Below are positions 8,262-18,083 of a DNA stretch of 64,000 nucleotides, piece by piece. The stretch's first letter is position 1, and the number at the start of each line of letters is the position of its first letter. The position numbers were made by a program, and so were the translations under genes. The DNA lies in the IMG/VR virus record IMGVR_UViG_3300047994_000374, positions 330,193-394,192 of that record. The stretch is one strand, 5' to 3'. The notes beneath the pieces were generated by a model that searched no databases, was not told where the DNA came from, and saw only the letters and a program-made list of their open reading frames with translations.

Positions 8262-9393
8262 TTAATTCTTTATTAAATTCTGAAAATAATAAGGCAGCAT
8301 CAACAATTTCGTCGTAAGTCAAATCATTAATGAAAACCGCAGTGCCAATTGAAGTTGGCACGGGTAAATTTTGATCTCCATTTCGATGTTTGATGGTATC
8401 TTGAAGCGATTCGAACAACAATAAATGATCGGCGAAGGATTCATGATAGGTTGGAAGTGCCATGCTTTTCGCTACACGCATTATTTTTAAGACATCTTCT
8501 TTTGCAAGCATATTTCTTTTATAAGAAAGAATACTTGAAAAAATAATATCTAAAGTAACCGCCTGCCCATGAGTTAGCGCTTTTACATTTTTATCAGCTA
8601 GCGACCTCATCTCTATAATTGGACTAAATGAATGTCCAAAATCAACAATTCGCTTTAAATTTTTCTCCCAAAGATTATTTTCTAATTCTTCTTTCATATC
8701 CTGAATTGCAAAATTAATAACATCATCTGCGTGTTCACAATCAAATTTTGTGTCTAAAAGGATTTTACCATGAGTTTCCAATATATTAAACAATGGTAAG
8801 TCTTTAATAACTGCCATCTTTAATATCTCGCCTAAACCTGAGCTAATTTCAATTTCTTCTAAAGTTTTCAAAAAAGCTTTGTCTAAATAAGAAGCTAATG
8901 GAGGGTAATAAGAACCTAATCGATTTCGCCTATCTTCAAAATTAATTCCTGTTTTAGCCGCGACGCTAACATCAATGATGCCCAATAAAGTCGTTGGCAC
9001 TCGAATATATGGAATCCCTCGCCGATATAATGTAGCAGCAAGTCCAGCTACATCAAGAATTACTCCCCCGCCGATAGCAATAATGGGTTCGCTTTTTCTT
9101 GAGGTGCCAAATTTTTCAATTTCTTCTAAAAGGTAAATTAAACTTGTTAAATTCTTTTCAGTTTCAACACCATTAATAACTACGAGCCTATAAGTTATTT
9201 GATGATGATCAAAATAATTTTTAATTGTTTTTAAGTATAAATTGCTAACCTTATTATCAATAACTACAACAGCTCTTTTCGTAGAGCAACAATCAAGAAT
9301 GTCATTATTTTTTATATCAAATATTCCTGGCGAATTTTTTACGATATAATTAATAGGTAGAGAAGTATTGATTGTCCAAGTTTTCATTTGCAT
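8254..9393 (-). CDS. sedoheptulose 7-phosphate cyclase, 2-epi-5-epi-valiolone synthase (EEVS) type
   Basis: DHQS-superfamily motifs GGGV..D, RRG.P.I.VPTTL, KTG.N, GE..K; EEVS-type MKEELENNLWE and RIVDFGHSFSP; HGQAV. Confidence 0.85.
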   Translation of the reverse strand: MQMKTWTINTSLPINYIVKNSPGIFDIKNNDILDCCSTKRAVVVIDNKVSNLYLKTIKNYFDHHQITYRLVVINGVETEKNLTSLIYLLEEIEKFGTSRKSEPIIAIGGGVILDVAGLAATLYRRGIPYIRVPTTLLGIIDVSVAAKTGINFEDRRNRLGSYYPPLASYLDKAFLKTLEEIEISSGLGEILKMAVIKDLPLFNILETHGKILLDTKFDCEHADDVINFAIQDMKEELENNLWEKNLKRIVDFGHSFSPIIEMRSLADKNVKALTHGQAVTLDIIFSSILSYKRNMLAKEDVLKIMRVAKSMALPTYHESFADHLLLFESLQDTIKHRNGDQNLPVPTSIGTAVFINDLTYDEIVDAALLFSEFNKELNE

Positions 9394-10373
9394 CCATTAG
9401 TTTGTAAATCGTGAAAAAGCTTCGAGGCGAGAGCGTAAAAGAAAATCATTTTAGTTTCATCAATTGCCATTTTAAAGGGTAACATTCGTATAAATTGTGA
9501 TATCTCTAATAATTTTATAATTTCAAATTGCTTATCATCACAAACTTTTTTAATGTATTTTGTAAACTCTTGATTAAAATAATCTAAGCCTTCGTAAGTT
9601 GGCAAATTTACTTTCACTTCATTTTCAGTTATTTCTACATCAATAGCATTATACAATTCATATTTTGAATTTGAAGACTGATATATTTGAGAATATTCTG
9701 CCAAAACAGAGTCAACAACATTTTCTTCATAAGGATCAATAAAAATAATTTGATCCTTTTCTGCAGAATATAGTGTATTTTCCAGTGTTAAATTTCCGTG
9801 AGTAAATGTTTCTGTAGGATTTACATAATTACTAAATCTTCCATAAAAATCATTTATTTGTGATAAAAATGATGGAATCTTTTCACCGTTAAAATACAAA
9901 AAATCATATTTAATAAATTTAGAAAATAAATTACTAGTATGACAGTCAGATAGTTTTTTGGAAACCTCTTCAAGCAAATAAAGATCAATGGACTCTGAAT
10001 TAGATGGAATAGAAATGTTATGCATCTTATTCATTGTACTTATTAAAGTTTTTGTAAATTTCTTAATTTGCTTTTTATCAGTAGTAGAAATTAAAAATTC
10101 GTGCCCAGTGATAAAATTTTCAAAATATTCCATATCAAAATAAGCAAAATCATTTTCATGACCATAATTTAATATTTTTGGAAAAACTTTTGGAAATAAA
10201 ATAGAATAGCGCTGCATACGCTTTAACTGAGAGTACCATCTTTGAAAGCCGTATTCACGATTCTCAACTAATGAGACTTCTTTGCGGACAAAATAATTTT
10301 CACCATCTTTTATTAAATAAGTGGCGCTTAATGATCCACCTTTTAGGCGTTTTTTTATCATATTCTTACTCAT
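9384..10373 (-). CDS. APH/choline-kinase-like phosphotransferase
   Basis: LKGGSLS glycine loop, MEY hinge, THGNLTLENTLY catalytic loop, FIDP. Confidence 0.75.
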   Translation of the reverse strand: MSKNMIKKRLKGGSLSATYLIKDGENYFVRKEVSLVENREYGFQRWYSQLKRMQRYSILFPKVFPKILNYGHENDFAYFDMEYFENFITGHEFLISTTDKKQIKKFTKTLISTMNKMHNISIPSNSESIDLYLLEEVSKKLSDCHTSNLFSKFIKYDFLYFNGEKIPSFLSQINDFYGRFSNYVNPTETFTHGNLTLENTLYSAEKDQIIFIDPYEENVVDSVLAEYSQIYQSSNSKYELYNAIDVEITENEVKVNLPTYEGLDYFNQEFTKYIKKVCDDKQFEIIKLLEISQFIRMLPFKMAIDETKMIFFYALASKLFHDLQTNGCK

Positions 10374-10413
10374 ACCTTCAATACAGAGTATACCAAAAAT
10401 TTGATATAAGACT

Positions 10414-11211
10414 ATGAAAACAGCGCTTATACTTTATGGATTTTTCAGAACATTTGAAGATGTAAAGGAAAGTTTAAAACAACATGTAATTGATCCATTA
10501 AATTGTGATGTTTTCTTTTGCTCATTTGAAACGATTGAGGCAAAAAAAGATGACGCACAAGACAATTCTAAATTAAAGTTGGTGGATGATAAAATTTTAA
10601 ATTTTTTTGGGTCCAGATTGAAAAAATATGAATTGCGCCCGCATGAACCAAATAAAGACAGGAAATTTATTTTTGATAAAAACTTACCAACATGGATTGA
10701 AATCGCGCAACAAGAAACATACAAAATCATATCAATGCAAGAAGGATTAACGAAAAGTATTAAAATATTTGAACAATATATTAAGGAAAATAATGAGCAT
10801 TATGATTTAGTTATATTGACTCGTCCAGATATTAAATATTATACAACATTCAATGCTTCCGTCCTTAATATGAAAAATATTAATTGCCCGCAGCATTTTT
10901 TAAATCCATACATTATGCCAGACCACTCAATTCGTGGGAATGAAACGGATATTAATAATAGAAAATTACGAGAAGGTGCCCGAGTATTTGGATTTGATAG
11001 ATGGCTAAATGATCAAATTTTATGTGGCACTCAAGAAAATATGTTAGTTTTTTCTAATTTATTTGATAAATTAGTTGAACATGTAAATGATGGAGTTTTA
11101 CTTAACAATGAGACACTTATCGGCGCGCACCTAATAAAAAACAATATTCAATTTGATGGTTGTGATTTTATTATTTATGAATTATGGCGAAATGAGTACA
11201 ATCATCTATAA
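10414..11211 (+). CDS. putative glycosyltransferase (paralog of 11245 C-terminal domain and 12846)
   Basis: KTALILYGFFRTF, YDLVILTRPD, NDQ motifs shared with two neighbours. Confidence 0.65.
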   Translation: MKTALILYGFFRTFEDVKESLKQHVIDPLNCDVFFCSFETIEAKKDDAQDNSKLKLVDDKILNFFGSRLKKYELRPHEPNKDRKFIFDKNLPTWIEIAQQETYKIISMQEGLTKSIKIFEQYIKENNEHYDLVILTRPDIKYYTTFNASVLNMKNINCPQHFLNPYIMPDHSIRGNETDINNRKLREGARVFGFDRWLNDQILCGTQENMLVFSNLFDKLVEHVNDGVLLNNETLIGAHLIKNNIQFDGCDFIIYELWRNEYNHL

Positions 11212-11244
11212 TTTAACCAATGTTAATTATAAGTTATAATAATA

Positions 11245-12846
11245 TTATTTCCACCATTGTCCATCATAACTTTGAGTCATGACACGCCCATCAGATCGAA
11301 TAATATTAAAAGCAATATCTTTTTCAACTACATGAATACCATGTCTATTTAAATGGTATTTTAAAAACACTTCGGGACGAGCCAAGCATTGTTTGCCATT
11401 TACATATTCCACTATCCTATCAAATAAATTGAAATATATTTTCATATTTTTACTATTGCCCACCGCAAACTGATCGTTCATTGCATTAGCGTAATATCTT
11501 CCAATAATAGGAACATTAATGACATTCATATCCCATTCATATATAGATGGTTTATTTGTAAATAATGCGTCAGATCGAAGTCGAATAATAATATCATAAC
11601 TTATATTATTTTCTCTTTCATAATTATCTAACATTTTTCCAGTTTGTTTAAGGCTATATAGCATGGAACCGTATGATAATAAATTTCCATTAGGCATATG
11701 ATCCTTATCTACTTGCGCCATCTTTGCATCATTATTTAGTTTAGCTATTGCATCTCTGGCGGACTCATATGTTTCTATATTAATTTTTTTTGGTTTTATT
11801 AGTTCATTTATTTGAGGAATAATCAATTCTGTTTTTTTATTGACGACACTTTGATCGCTTCCGTGCTTTGAAGCTGGCGCCCCCACGGTTTCCCATGTAT
11901 TGATAAAAATATCTGCCGTTTCTTTGTATGGTGATAAAATATTATTAATGAAAGAATGATAAGTTTGTTCAAAAGTTCTCATATGACCAGAAATACAAAC
12001 TGCAATTTTTAAATTTTTATGTATTGAATCCGTAGTTGCGTTTTGTGGATGAATTATTTTTTCTTGAGCATAAATCGGCGCCGGTTTCGGAATAAATATA
12101 TTTGTAATTGGAATATTTGAATTTTTAATATTATTTCCTGGCAAATCAATTTGAACGGGAATTGGAGCCGGGATTTTTACCTGATTAGCTACATTAGGTG
12201 CAAATTGATATGGCGATCCAATTTTAACACAAAACCACATGCATCTTTTATTGATATCACACTCATTATTATTTCGTGCCACCCAATCATATACATAGCT
12301 ACCAGAATTCAATTCATTTGTATTACACTTTTTAAAACTCATACCACATTCAGTTAGAATACGCTCAATTGTCGCTGGGCTTGGTCGAGCACTTATTCCA
12401 TTAAACGATGCGTCATATATGTTGCTATTATCTTGAATATTTATACACTTATACGGGTCTTCTGAATCACAAACTGCTGTTTCTAAAACAAGGTGCGTTG
12501 TAGATTTGCAGACATTTCGCAAATGTACTTCATAATTTTGTAAACATTGAATTAATCCTAAATCTAAAACAATATCAAATTTTTTATTATTAAATGGCCA
12601 ATTCGAATCCAAATCTGCTTGAATTGTTTTAATGCCATGAAATTTTTTATTAATTGTTTTAAGGTGAGCTTGCCTTGCATCAACTGCCGTGACATCCGCA
12701 CCAAGCCGCTGCAAAGTTATACTTATATCCGCTTGCCCGGCTCCAGCATCCAATATTTTTTTTAGAAAGAAAAATTTAGGACCATAAAAATCTACAATTT
12801 TTTTAATTCTTTTTTGATTCCACTCTAAATAAGGACCTGCAAACAT
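11245..12846 (-). CDS. class I SAM methyltransferase fused to putative glycosyltransferase domain
   Basis: N-terminal ILDAGAG, VTAVDA, FDIV; Pro-rich linker; C-terminal KIAVCISGHMRTF, YDIIIRLRSD, NDQFAVG. Confidence 0.75.
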   Translation of the reverse strand: MFAGPYLEWNQKRIKKIVDFYGPKFFFLKKILDAGAGQADISITLQRLGADVTAVDARQAHLKTINKKFHGIKTIQADLDSNWPFNNKKFDIVLDLGLIQCLQNYEVHLRNVCKSTTHLVLETAVCDSEDPYKCINIQDNSNIYDASFNGISARPSPATIERILTECGMSFKKCNTNELNSGSYVYDWVARNNNECDINKRCMWFCVKIGSPYQFAPNVANQVKIPAPIPVQIDLPGNNIKNSNIPITNIFIPKPAPIYAQEKIIHPQNATTDSIHKNLKIAVCISGHMRTFEQTYHSFINNILSPYKETADIFINTWETVGAPASKHGSDQSVVNKKTELIIPQINELIKPKKINIETYESARDAIAKLNNDAKMAQVDKDHMPNGNLLSYGSMLYSLKQTGKMLDNYERENNISYDIIIRLRSDALFTNKPSIYEWDMNVINVPIIGRYYANAMNDQFAVGNSKNMKIYFNLFDRIVEYVNGKQCLARPEVFLKYHLNRHGIHVVEKDIAFNIIRSDGRVMTQSYDGQWWK

Positions 12847-13583
12847 TACAAAATATCTCCACCTCGCGCAGAATGTTCATTTATAAAAAAATTACCATTA
12901 GCTCGTAATATGCGATATTTGATTTCTGACCGAGCTATAGGTATATTATAATAATCTATATTGAATTTTAACATTATTTCTGGGTGCCAAATGCAGCCCG
13001 AATTAAAATGAACATCGAGATTATTATAAACTCTTGCATATAAATCCATATTGCTTGAGTTACCAAAAGCAAATTGATCATTAAGTCCAGAGTAATTTCC
13101 AAATTTAGGAAAATAAACACCACCATGTAAAGAGTTTTCTAATTCATTCCTATCCAAAGGACTATCAAAAAATAAATCTGGACGACATCGAATAACAACA
13201 TCATATCTAAAATTATTTTCTTTTTCATATTCTATTTTTAATTGATTAGCTTTATTAATACCATAAAACATTCCAAACATTTGTTCAGCTCCTCTTGAGC
13301 CATGACCTAAACGATGCATGTATTTTTGAATGGAATATTTTTGCCTCTGCTCAATTAATATTTTTTTAGGATGATAAAGTTGCTCTAAATTGACAATATT
13401 TAATGGAACATATATTAAATGCTCATCACCCCGTCCACCATTCGTTTGATTATTGTATCCTATTGTTTCTTCGCTTGAAATGAAAATATCAGGATTACAA
13501 ATATCTAAAACATTCTTTTCTAATGTTTTATATGCTTTATCATAGCTTCTAAAATGACCAGATAATAGTAGGGCGACTTTCAT
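12846..13583 (-). CDS. putative glycosyltransferase
   Basis: KVALLLSGHFRSY, YDVVIRCRPD, NDQFAFG, HPE. Confidence 0.7.
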   Translation of the reverse strand: MKVALLLSGHFRSYDKAYKTLEKNVLDICNPDIFISSEETIGYNNQTNGGRGDEHLIYVPLNIVNLEQLYHPKKILIEQRQKYSIQKYMHRLGHGSRGAEQMFGMFYGINKANQLKIEYEKENNFRYDVVIRCRPDLFFDSPLDRNELENSLHGGVYFPKFGNYSGLNDQFAFGNSSNMDLYARVYNNLDVHFNSGCIWHPEIMLKFNIDYYNIPIARSEIKYRILRANGNFFINEHSARGGDIL

Positions 13584-13613
13584 AATTTTACTTTCTTGAT
13601 ATATAATTTATTA

Positions 13614-14048
13614 ATGATATGTAGAATAGCTCATCGAGGAAATTTAAATGGTCCCAATCCAGAAAAAGAAAATCATCCAAGTTATATTGAAGAAGCGATA
13701 AAAGCTGGATTCAATGCTGAGATAGATGTTTGGTTTATAGATAATAAATATATATTAGGGCATGATAAACCAGATTATGAAGTTCCGGAGAAATGGATAT
13801 TCGATAATAAAAAATATTTATGGTGCCACTGTAAAAATATAGAGGCATTATGGATAGTTTCTAAAAATATAAACGCATTTTTCCACGATCAAGATGATTG
13901 CACTCTAACTTCCAAAGGATATATTTGGACATTTCCTCGTAATTTAATATTAACCAATAGATCGATTGCTGTGATGCCCGAGCGAGTTAATGGTTGGAAT
14001 TTAACAGGTGTTTTTGGTGTATGCACAGATTATCCATATAAATATTAA
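13614..14048 (+). CDS. small GDPD/PLC-like phosphodiesterase-fold protein
   Basis: IAHRGN...EN, EIDVW, LGHD, LW.HCKN, GVCTDY; ATG 7 nt after the GATATATAA motif. Confidence 0.75.
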   Translation: MICRIAHRGNLNGPNPEKENHPSYIEEAIKAGFNAEIDVWFIDNKYILGHDKPDYEVPEKWIFDNKKYLWCHCKNIEALWIVSKNINAFFHDQDDCTLTSKGYIWTFPRNLILTNRSIAVMPERVNGWNLTGVFGVCTDYPYKY

Positions 14049-14066
14049 TATTTTCTTATAACTTGT

Positions 14067-15434
14067 ATGATTAAAGCATTAATTTTTGATTTTGATAATA
14101 CATTGTGTGAACTTGCTGAAGCGCATTATCAAGTTCTAAATGAAGCAATTGCAAAAGTAGCGGGACCAGAATATTTAATTGCCCGCAAAGAACAAGACAC
14201 AAAATACAACGGATTATCGACGAGCACAAAAATCAATATGCTCATTAAAGAAAAAAATCTTCCGGAAAAATTTGGACCAAAAATCCGGGAATTAAAACAA
14301 CAATTTACATTAGATTATATTAAAAATAATATTACTGAAAATAATAATTTAATTTTAAATTTAGCTAATTTACGTTCTGAAGGGTATCGCCTATGCTGTG
14401 CTTCTAATGCGCTACATGAAACGGTTAGAACTGGACTTGAGTGTTTAGGTATATTTGATCTATTTGATGTTGTTATAGGAAATGATCATATAAAAAGACA
14501 AAAGCCTTGCCCTGATATTTATTTGCAGTCATTTATTGAAATGGAATCTGATCCTCAAGAATGTTTAATCATTGAAGACAGCAAACATGGTAGGGAAAGT
14601 GCAGTCCGGTCTGGCGCTCATATTTGCACGGTTGATAATCCAAATGATTTAACTTATGATCATATGAAAAAATCAATTGATAAGGCAAACAAAAAAGAAC
14701 AAAAAATTCGATGGACTGATAGTAAATTAAATGTTCTTATTCCAATGGCAGGATTAGGAAGCCGATTTGCTGATGCTGGATTCAAATTGCCCAAACCGCT
14801 AATCGATGTTAATGGAAAGCCTATGATAAAAATGGTTATTGATAATTTAAATATCGATGCCAATTATATTTTTATTGTCCAAAAAGATCATTATGAAAAA
14901 TATAATCTTGAAATATTATTAAAGGCAATAGCTCCGGGATGTAAAATCGTGCAGGCAAACGGCATGAATGGAGGGGCAGCTTGTCATTCCTTGTTGGCAA
15001 AAGATTTAATTAACAATGATGATCATTTATTAATTGCCAACTCAGATCAATATGTAGAGTGGGATAGTTGCGATTTCTTATCTCAAATGCTTACAAGTGG
15101 TGCTGATGGCGGAATTGTAACATTTAAAGCAACTGGTAAAAAATGGTCATATGCCAAATGTGAAGAAGATGGAACGATTACTAAAGTTGCAGAAAAAGAT
15201 CCAATCAGTGAAGACGGGACAGCCGGTATCTACTGGTTCAAACATGGATCAGAATATGTTAGATCTGCCGAACAGATGATTAAAAAAGATATAAAAACTA
15301 ACAATGAGCATTATATTTGCCCTTCATACAACGAAGCAATTGAGAATGGATTGATTATTAAAAATTTTCCATGTAAAAAAATGGCGGGAGTGGGGACCCC
15401 TGAGGACCTCGAGGCATATTTAAAAAACTTATAA
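14067..15434 (+). CDS. HAD phosphatase fused to nucleotidyltransferase
   Basis: FDFDNTL, ASN, KPCPDIY, IEDS (HAD); IPMAGLGSRF...PKPLI, NSDQ, GTPEDL (NTP transferase). Confidence 0.88.
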   Translation: MIKALIFDFDNTLCELAEAHYQVLNEAIAKVAGPEYLIARKEQDTKYNGLSTSTKINMLIKEKNLPEKFGPKIRELKQQFTLDYIKNNITENNNLILNLANLRSEGYRLCCASNALHETVRTGLECLGIFDLFDVVIGNDHIKRQKPCPDIYLQSFIEMESDPQECLIIEDSKHGRESAVRSGAHICTVDNPNDLTYDHMKKSIDKANKKEQKIRWTDSKLNVLIPMAGLGSRFADAGFKLPKPLIDVNGKPMIKMVIDNLNIDANYIFIVQKDHYEKYNLEILLKAIAPGCKIVQANGMNGGAACHSLLAKDLINNDDHLLIANSDQYVEWDSCDFLSQMLTSGADGGIVTFKATGKKWSYAKCEEDGTITKVAEKDPISEDGTAGIYWFKHGSEYVRSAEQMIKKDIKTNNEHYICPSYNEAIENGLIIKNFPCKKMAGVGTPEDLEAYLKNL

Positions 15435-16217
15435 TATAAGAGATTTAACTTTATCAGCAAATCTTGCTGCGGATTTATCTTCCACCGTAGAAGCAGAATC
15501 TAATCCATGAAAATCCTCAAAACTTCTACTTGGATGGTCTGCGCAATCTGAACGACCTCTTGCTCGCTTCTCTTTAAAATCTTCTAAGGATCGGTTTACA
15601 TAGTGATTAAGCTGTATGGTTTGAGTTGAGAATGACTTTGAGAAGGCATTTGGGACAATCTCCATCTTTTCTGAAACTGCGTTATAACCCGGTTTAAAGC
15701 GAAAGTGATGGGGGTCCCCGGAAGCGCTTACGGTATATTTAGGCTGAACGATGGCTTTTGTATGTAAATTGACGACGAAATCATCTGGAGTTGCCATTGT
15801 ATAGTTTTCAATAACTAATCCTTCAGGACGCTTAATATGACCATTGGAACCAAAACACCGCCAATTGACATTTAATCCACCATAGTTTTCAAAATCTTTC
15901 AACACATTCTGGATATTATCTTCTTTCATAGGTACTAAAAATTCGTCGATGTCCCAGTAGCCGATCCATTTGTTTTCTGCCCCGAAGTGCTGAAGACAAT
16001 GATTAAAAGATGGCATTTGCATTGACCGACCTGGAAAATTGATTACAGTCACAATATGTTTTTGAATATATTTGGTTAGTGTATCTTTAATTGGAATGGC
16101 TGAACCATTATCGTAAATATAGAAGTGATCTACGCCAACGGCACGATGAAAAGACACCCACTCTTCTAAAAATGGAGTTTCATCTTTCGCAATGACAGAT
16201 ACAGATAAATTATGCAC
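15429..16217 (-). CDS. GT2/GT92-like glycosyltransferase
   Basis: AKDE...LEEWVSFH..VGVDHFYIYDNGS, WIGYWDIDEFL, K.I..P, LNHY. Confidence 0.85.
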   Translation of the reverse strand: MHNLSVSVIAKDETPFLEEWVSFHRAVGVDHFYIYDNGSAIPIKDTLTKYIQKHIVTVINFPGRSMQMPSFNHCLQHFGAENKWIGYWDIDEFLVPMKEDNIQNVLKDFENYGGLNVNWRCFGSNGHIKRPEGLVIENYTMATPDDFVVNLHTKAIVQPKYTVSASGDPHHFRFKPGYNAVSEKMEIVPNAFSKSFSTQTIQLNHYVNRSLEDFKEKRARGRSDCADHPSRSFEDFHGLDSASTVEDKSAARFADKVKSLIL

Positions 16218-16356
16218 GTCTTTTCCTTATAATGGTAATTTCTGGTTCAGTTTGTTTTTCAAATGGTTCACATTCACTACAACGAACTTTTTTAATCACT
16301 CCGCCCCAAATCGTTTCAATCTGACCCATACATATTTTGCATTTTAAAAATTCCAT
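16210..16356 (-). CDS. small zinc-ribbon protein (48 aa, below ORF-track cutoff)
   Basis: MEFLKCKICMGQ...VRCSECEP...; GAGG SD; stop overlaps the start of the GT gene. Confidence 0.65.
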   Translation of the reverse strand: MEFLKCKICMGQIETIWGGVIKKVRCSECEPFEKQTEPEITIIRKRRA

Positions 16357-16363
16357 CGAGTCC

Positions 16364-16672
16364 TCATAAAAAATTTTGAATCTTCATTAAGCTTAAAATA
16401 ATTTTATCTGCTTTATTTAAATTTTCTTTTGTAATATATTCTTGATCTAATTTAAAATTTAATCCAGTTTTATTTGTTAATTTAATTATATTCATTGACT
16501 TAATAAATGTATAATTTGTTTCTGATTCAACCTTGTCACGAATATAAATTGAAAGTCGAACGATTTCTCCATCTACATCAAAATCAATAAAAGTGCAGAA
16601 ATTAGAACAATAATTAAATCTATTGTAATTTTCGCTTATTTTATTTCCACAATAACAATATAAATCAATCAT
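16364..16672 (-). CDS. hypothetical protein, C-terminal xFx-tail family
   Basis: N-terminal CYC..., ends LMKIQNFL. Confidence 0.7.
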   Translation of the reverse strand: MIDLYCYCGNKISENYNRFNYCSNFCTFIDFDVDGEIVRLSIYIRDKVESETNYTFIKSMNIIKLTNKTGLNFKLDQEYITKENLNKADKIILSLMKIQNFL

Positions 16673-17148
16673 TAGATAAATGACATTAGTTTTTTAAGTC
16701 TCGGATCTAAATGTTTATCATCAATTGCAAACCCAGGATTATTTGCAATGAATTTCATAATCTCTGTTTGACAAGCCGCAAGCATTTCTTCTTTGAATTG
16801 ATTATGTTTTAAATTGAATGCAAGTCTTGAGAAAACCATCATCCTTTGTCCTGCCGCATTCTTTTTCCATGTATTACGAACTAATTTATTTCTTTTAGGT
16901 GCAGAAAAGACTTTCGTGGTTTCTGTCACACCATTAAAAATAAAAGACACGTCGCAGTAAGGAAATACATAGAGCCCCCAAGTATCTGCTTGAAATTCTA
17001 AACCAGTGTATTTAAGATTAACGGTCTTACAGTTTATTTGTCCATAAGAGTTTATTTTCGCATCAGGAAATTCTTTTTGAACAGCTTTTAATTTTGCTAC
17101 TTTGAATTCTAAATCATTGATAACAGATAACAATTGGGTAGTGGTCAT
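16672..17148 (-). CDS. hypothetical protein, C-terminal xFx-tail family
   Basis: Ends LKKLMSFI; layout similar to 22548..23057. Confidence 0.75.
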   Translation of the reverse strand: MTTTQLLSVINDLEFKVAKLKAVQKEFPDAKINSYGQINCKTVNLKYTGLEFQADTWGLYVFPYCDVSFIFNGVTETTKVFSAPKRNKLVRNTWKKNAAGQRMMVFSRLAFNLKHNQFKEEMLAACQTEIMKFIANNPGFAIDDKHLDPRLKKLMSFI

Positions 17149-17199
17149 ATACTTTCCGTTGGCGTTTAATATTGCCTAATTATTATATATCAAGTGTTT

Positions 17200-17415
17200 T
17201 TATTCTTCATCAAAAATTATTTTAGTTCTATTTTGGTGGCCGTGTATAAATAGCGCATCGTCCAAACTATGATATATGTTAATACTTGAGTGAGATCCAA
17301 TCCAACGAATAATGATTTCGCCTGTATCACAAATTAGACATCCCTCCGCTACAACCCCACATCCACTAACCCCCGAGACGTCTTCGTGACGATACATCTT
17401 AAACGTTTTTAACAT
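17200..17415 (-). CDS. small conserved phage protein
   Basis: RHEDVSGVSGCGVVAEG...RW...HGH pattern recalled from other phage proteins; function unknown. Confidence 0.7.
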   Translation of the reverse strand: MLKTFKMYRHEDVSGVSGCGVVAEGCLICDTGEIIIRWIGSHSSINIYHSLDDALFIHGHQNRTKIIFDEE

Positions 17416-17483
17416 GATAAGCCTTTATTTAGCGACTTGACTTGCTAATAAAATACGAAACCTTGCACCCGTCATATATCAAA

Positions 17484-18065
17484 TCAAATGTGTTCTGGAT
17501 CACAATCATACAATTTACAGAATTGTTTTAAGTCAGTTGGCGTGATATTGTCTGATCCAGCCTCAATTGAAGGATACATCAAAGTTCCAATTCCATCGAT
17601 TCCTGTTGCGTGCGATAGGCCTAAATAATGTCCCAATTCATGCTCCACAACTGATTTATAATAATCCTCTGTCATTCGATCCGTTACTAAATAGATATAA
17701 GGCATAAATGAAGAATTGTCATATAAACCCAAAGTGCTATGCTCATTTTGAGCATCTACCATCATAATTTTAGGATAATCTTCGGAAACCTTTAGAATTA
17801 TTAAAGAATTTTTGGTATCCAAATGATCTGTTGGAAGCTTTTCGATAGTAAATTGAACCTTATGATTTGTAGCCCATTCCCACTCTTCTGCTGCTTCTTG
17901 AATAGTATCTACTTCCCATGGCGTCATACTTTGGTCCAAATAAATAGATGTCTTTACGGGCAGTTTATGAACAACAGGATGGTAGAGTATCGGGACTGAT
18001 ACTTGGAATAGAACGAGCATTACGATTAAACTGCCAACCATTGACCAAAATAATATTCTCATCAC
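17484..18065 (-). CDS. membrane-anchored metzincin (matrixin-like) metallopeptidase
   Basis: N-terminal TM; HELGHYLGLSH zinc motif; Met-turn LMYP. Confidence 0.85.
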   Translation of the reverse strand: MMRILFWSMVGSLIVMLVLFQVSVPILYHPVVHKLPVKTSIYLDQSMTPWEVDTIQEAAEEWEWATNHKVQFTIEKLPTDHLDTKNSLIILKVSEDYPKIMMVDAQNEHSTLGLYDNSSFMPYIYLVTDRMTEDYYKSVVEHELGHYLGLSHATGIDGIGTLMYPSIEAGSDNITPTDLKQFCKLYDCDPEHI

Positions 18066-18083
18066 ATCTTATATATCAGTAAA

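Noticed and set aside
8254-9393. Ordinary 3-dehydroquinate synthase (aroB)
   Set aside because: Motifs EEL..NLWE and VDFGHSFSP match sedoheptulose-7-phosphate cyclases, and no shikimate genes are adjacent
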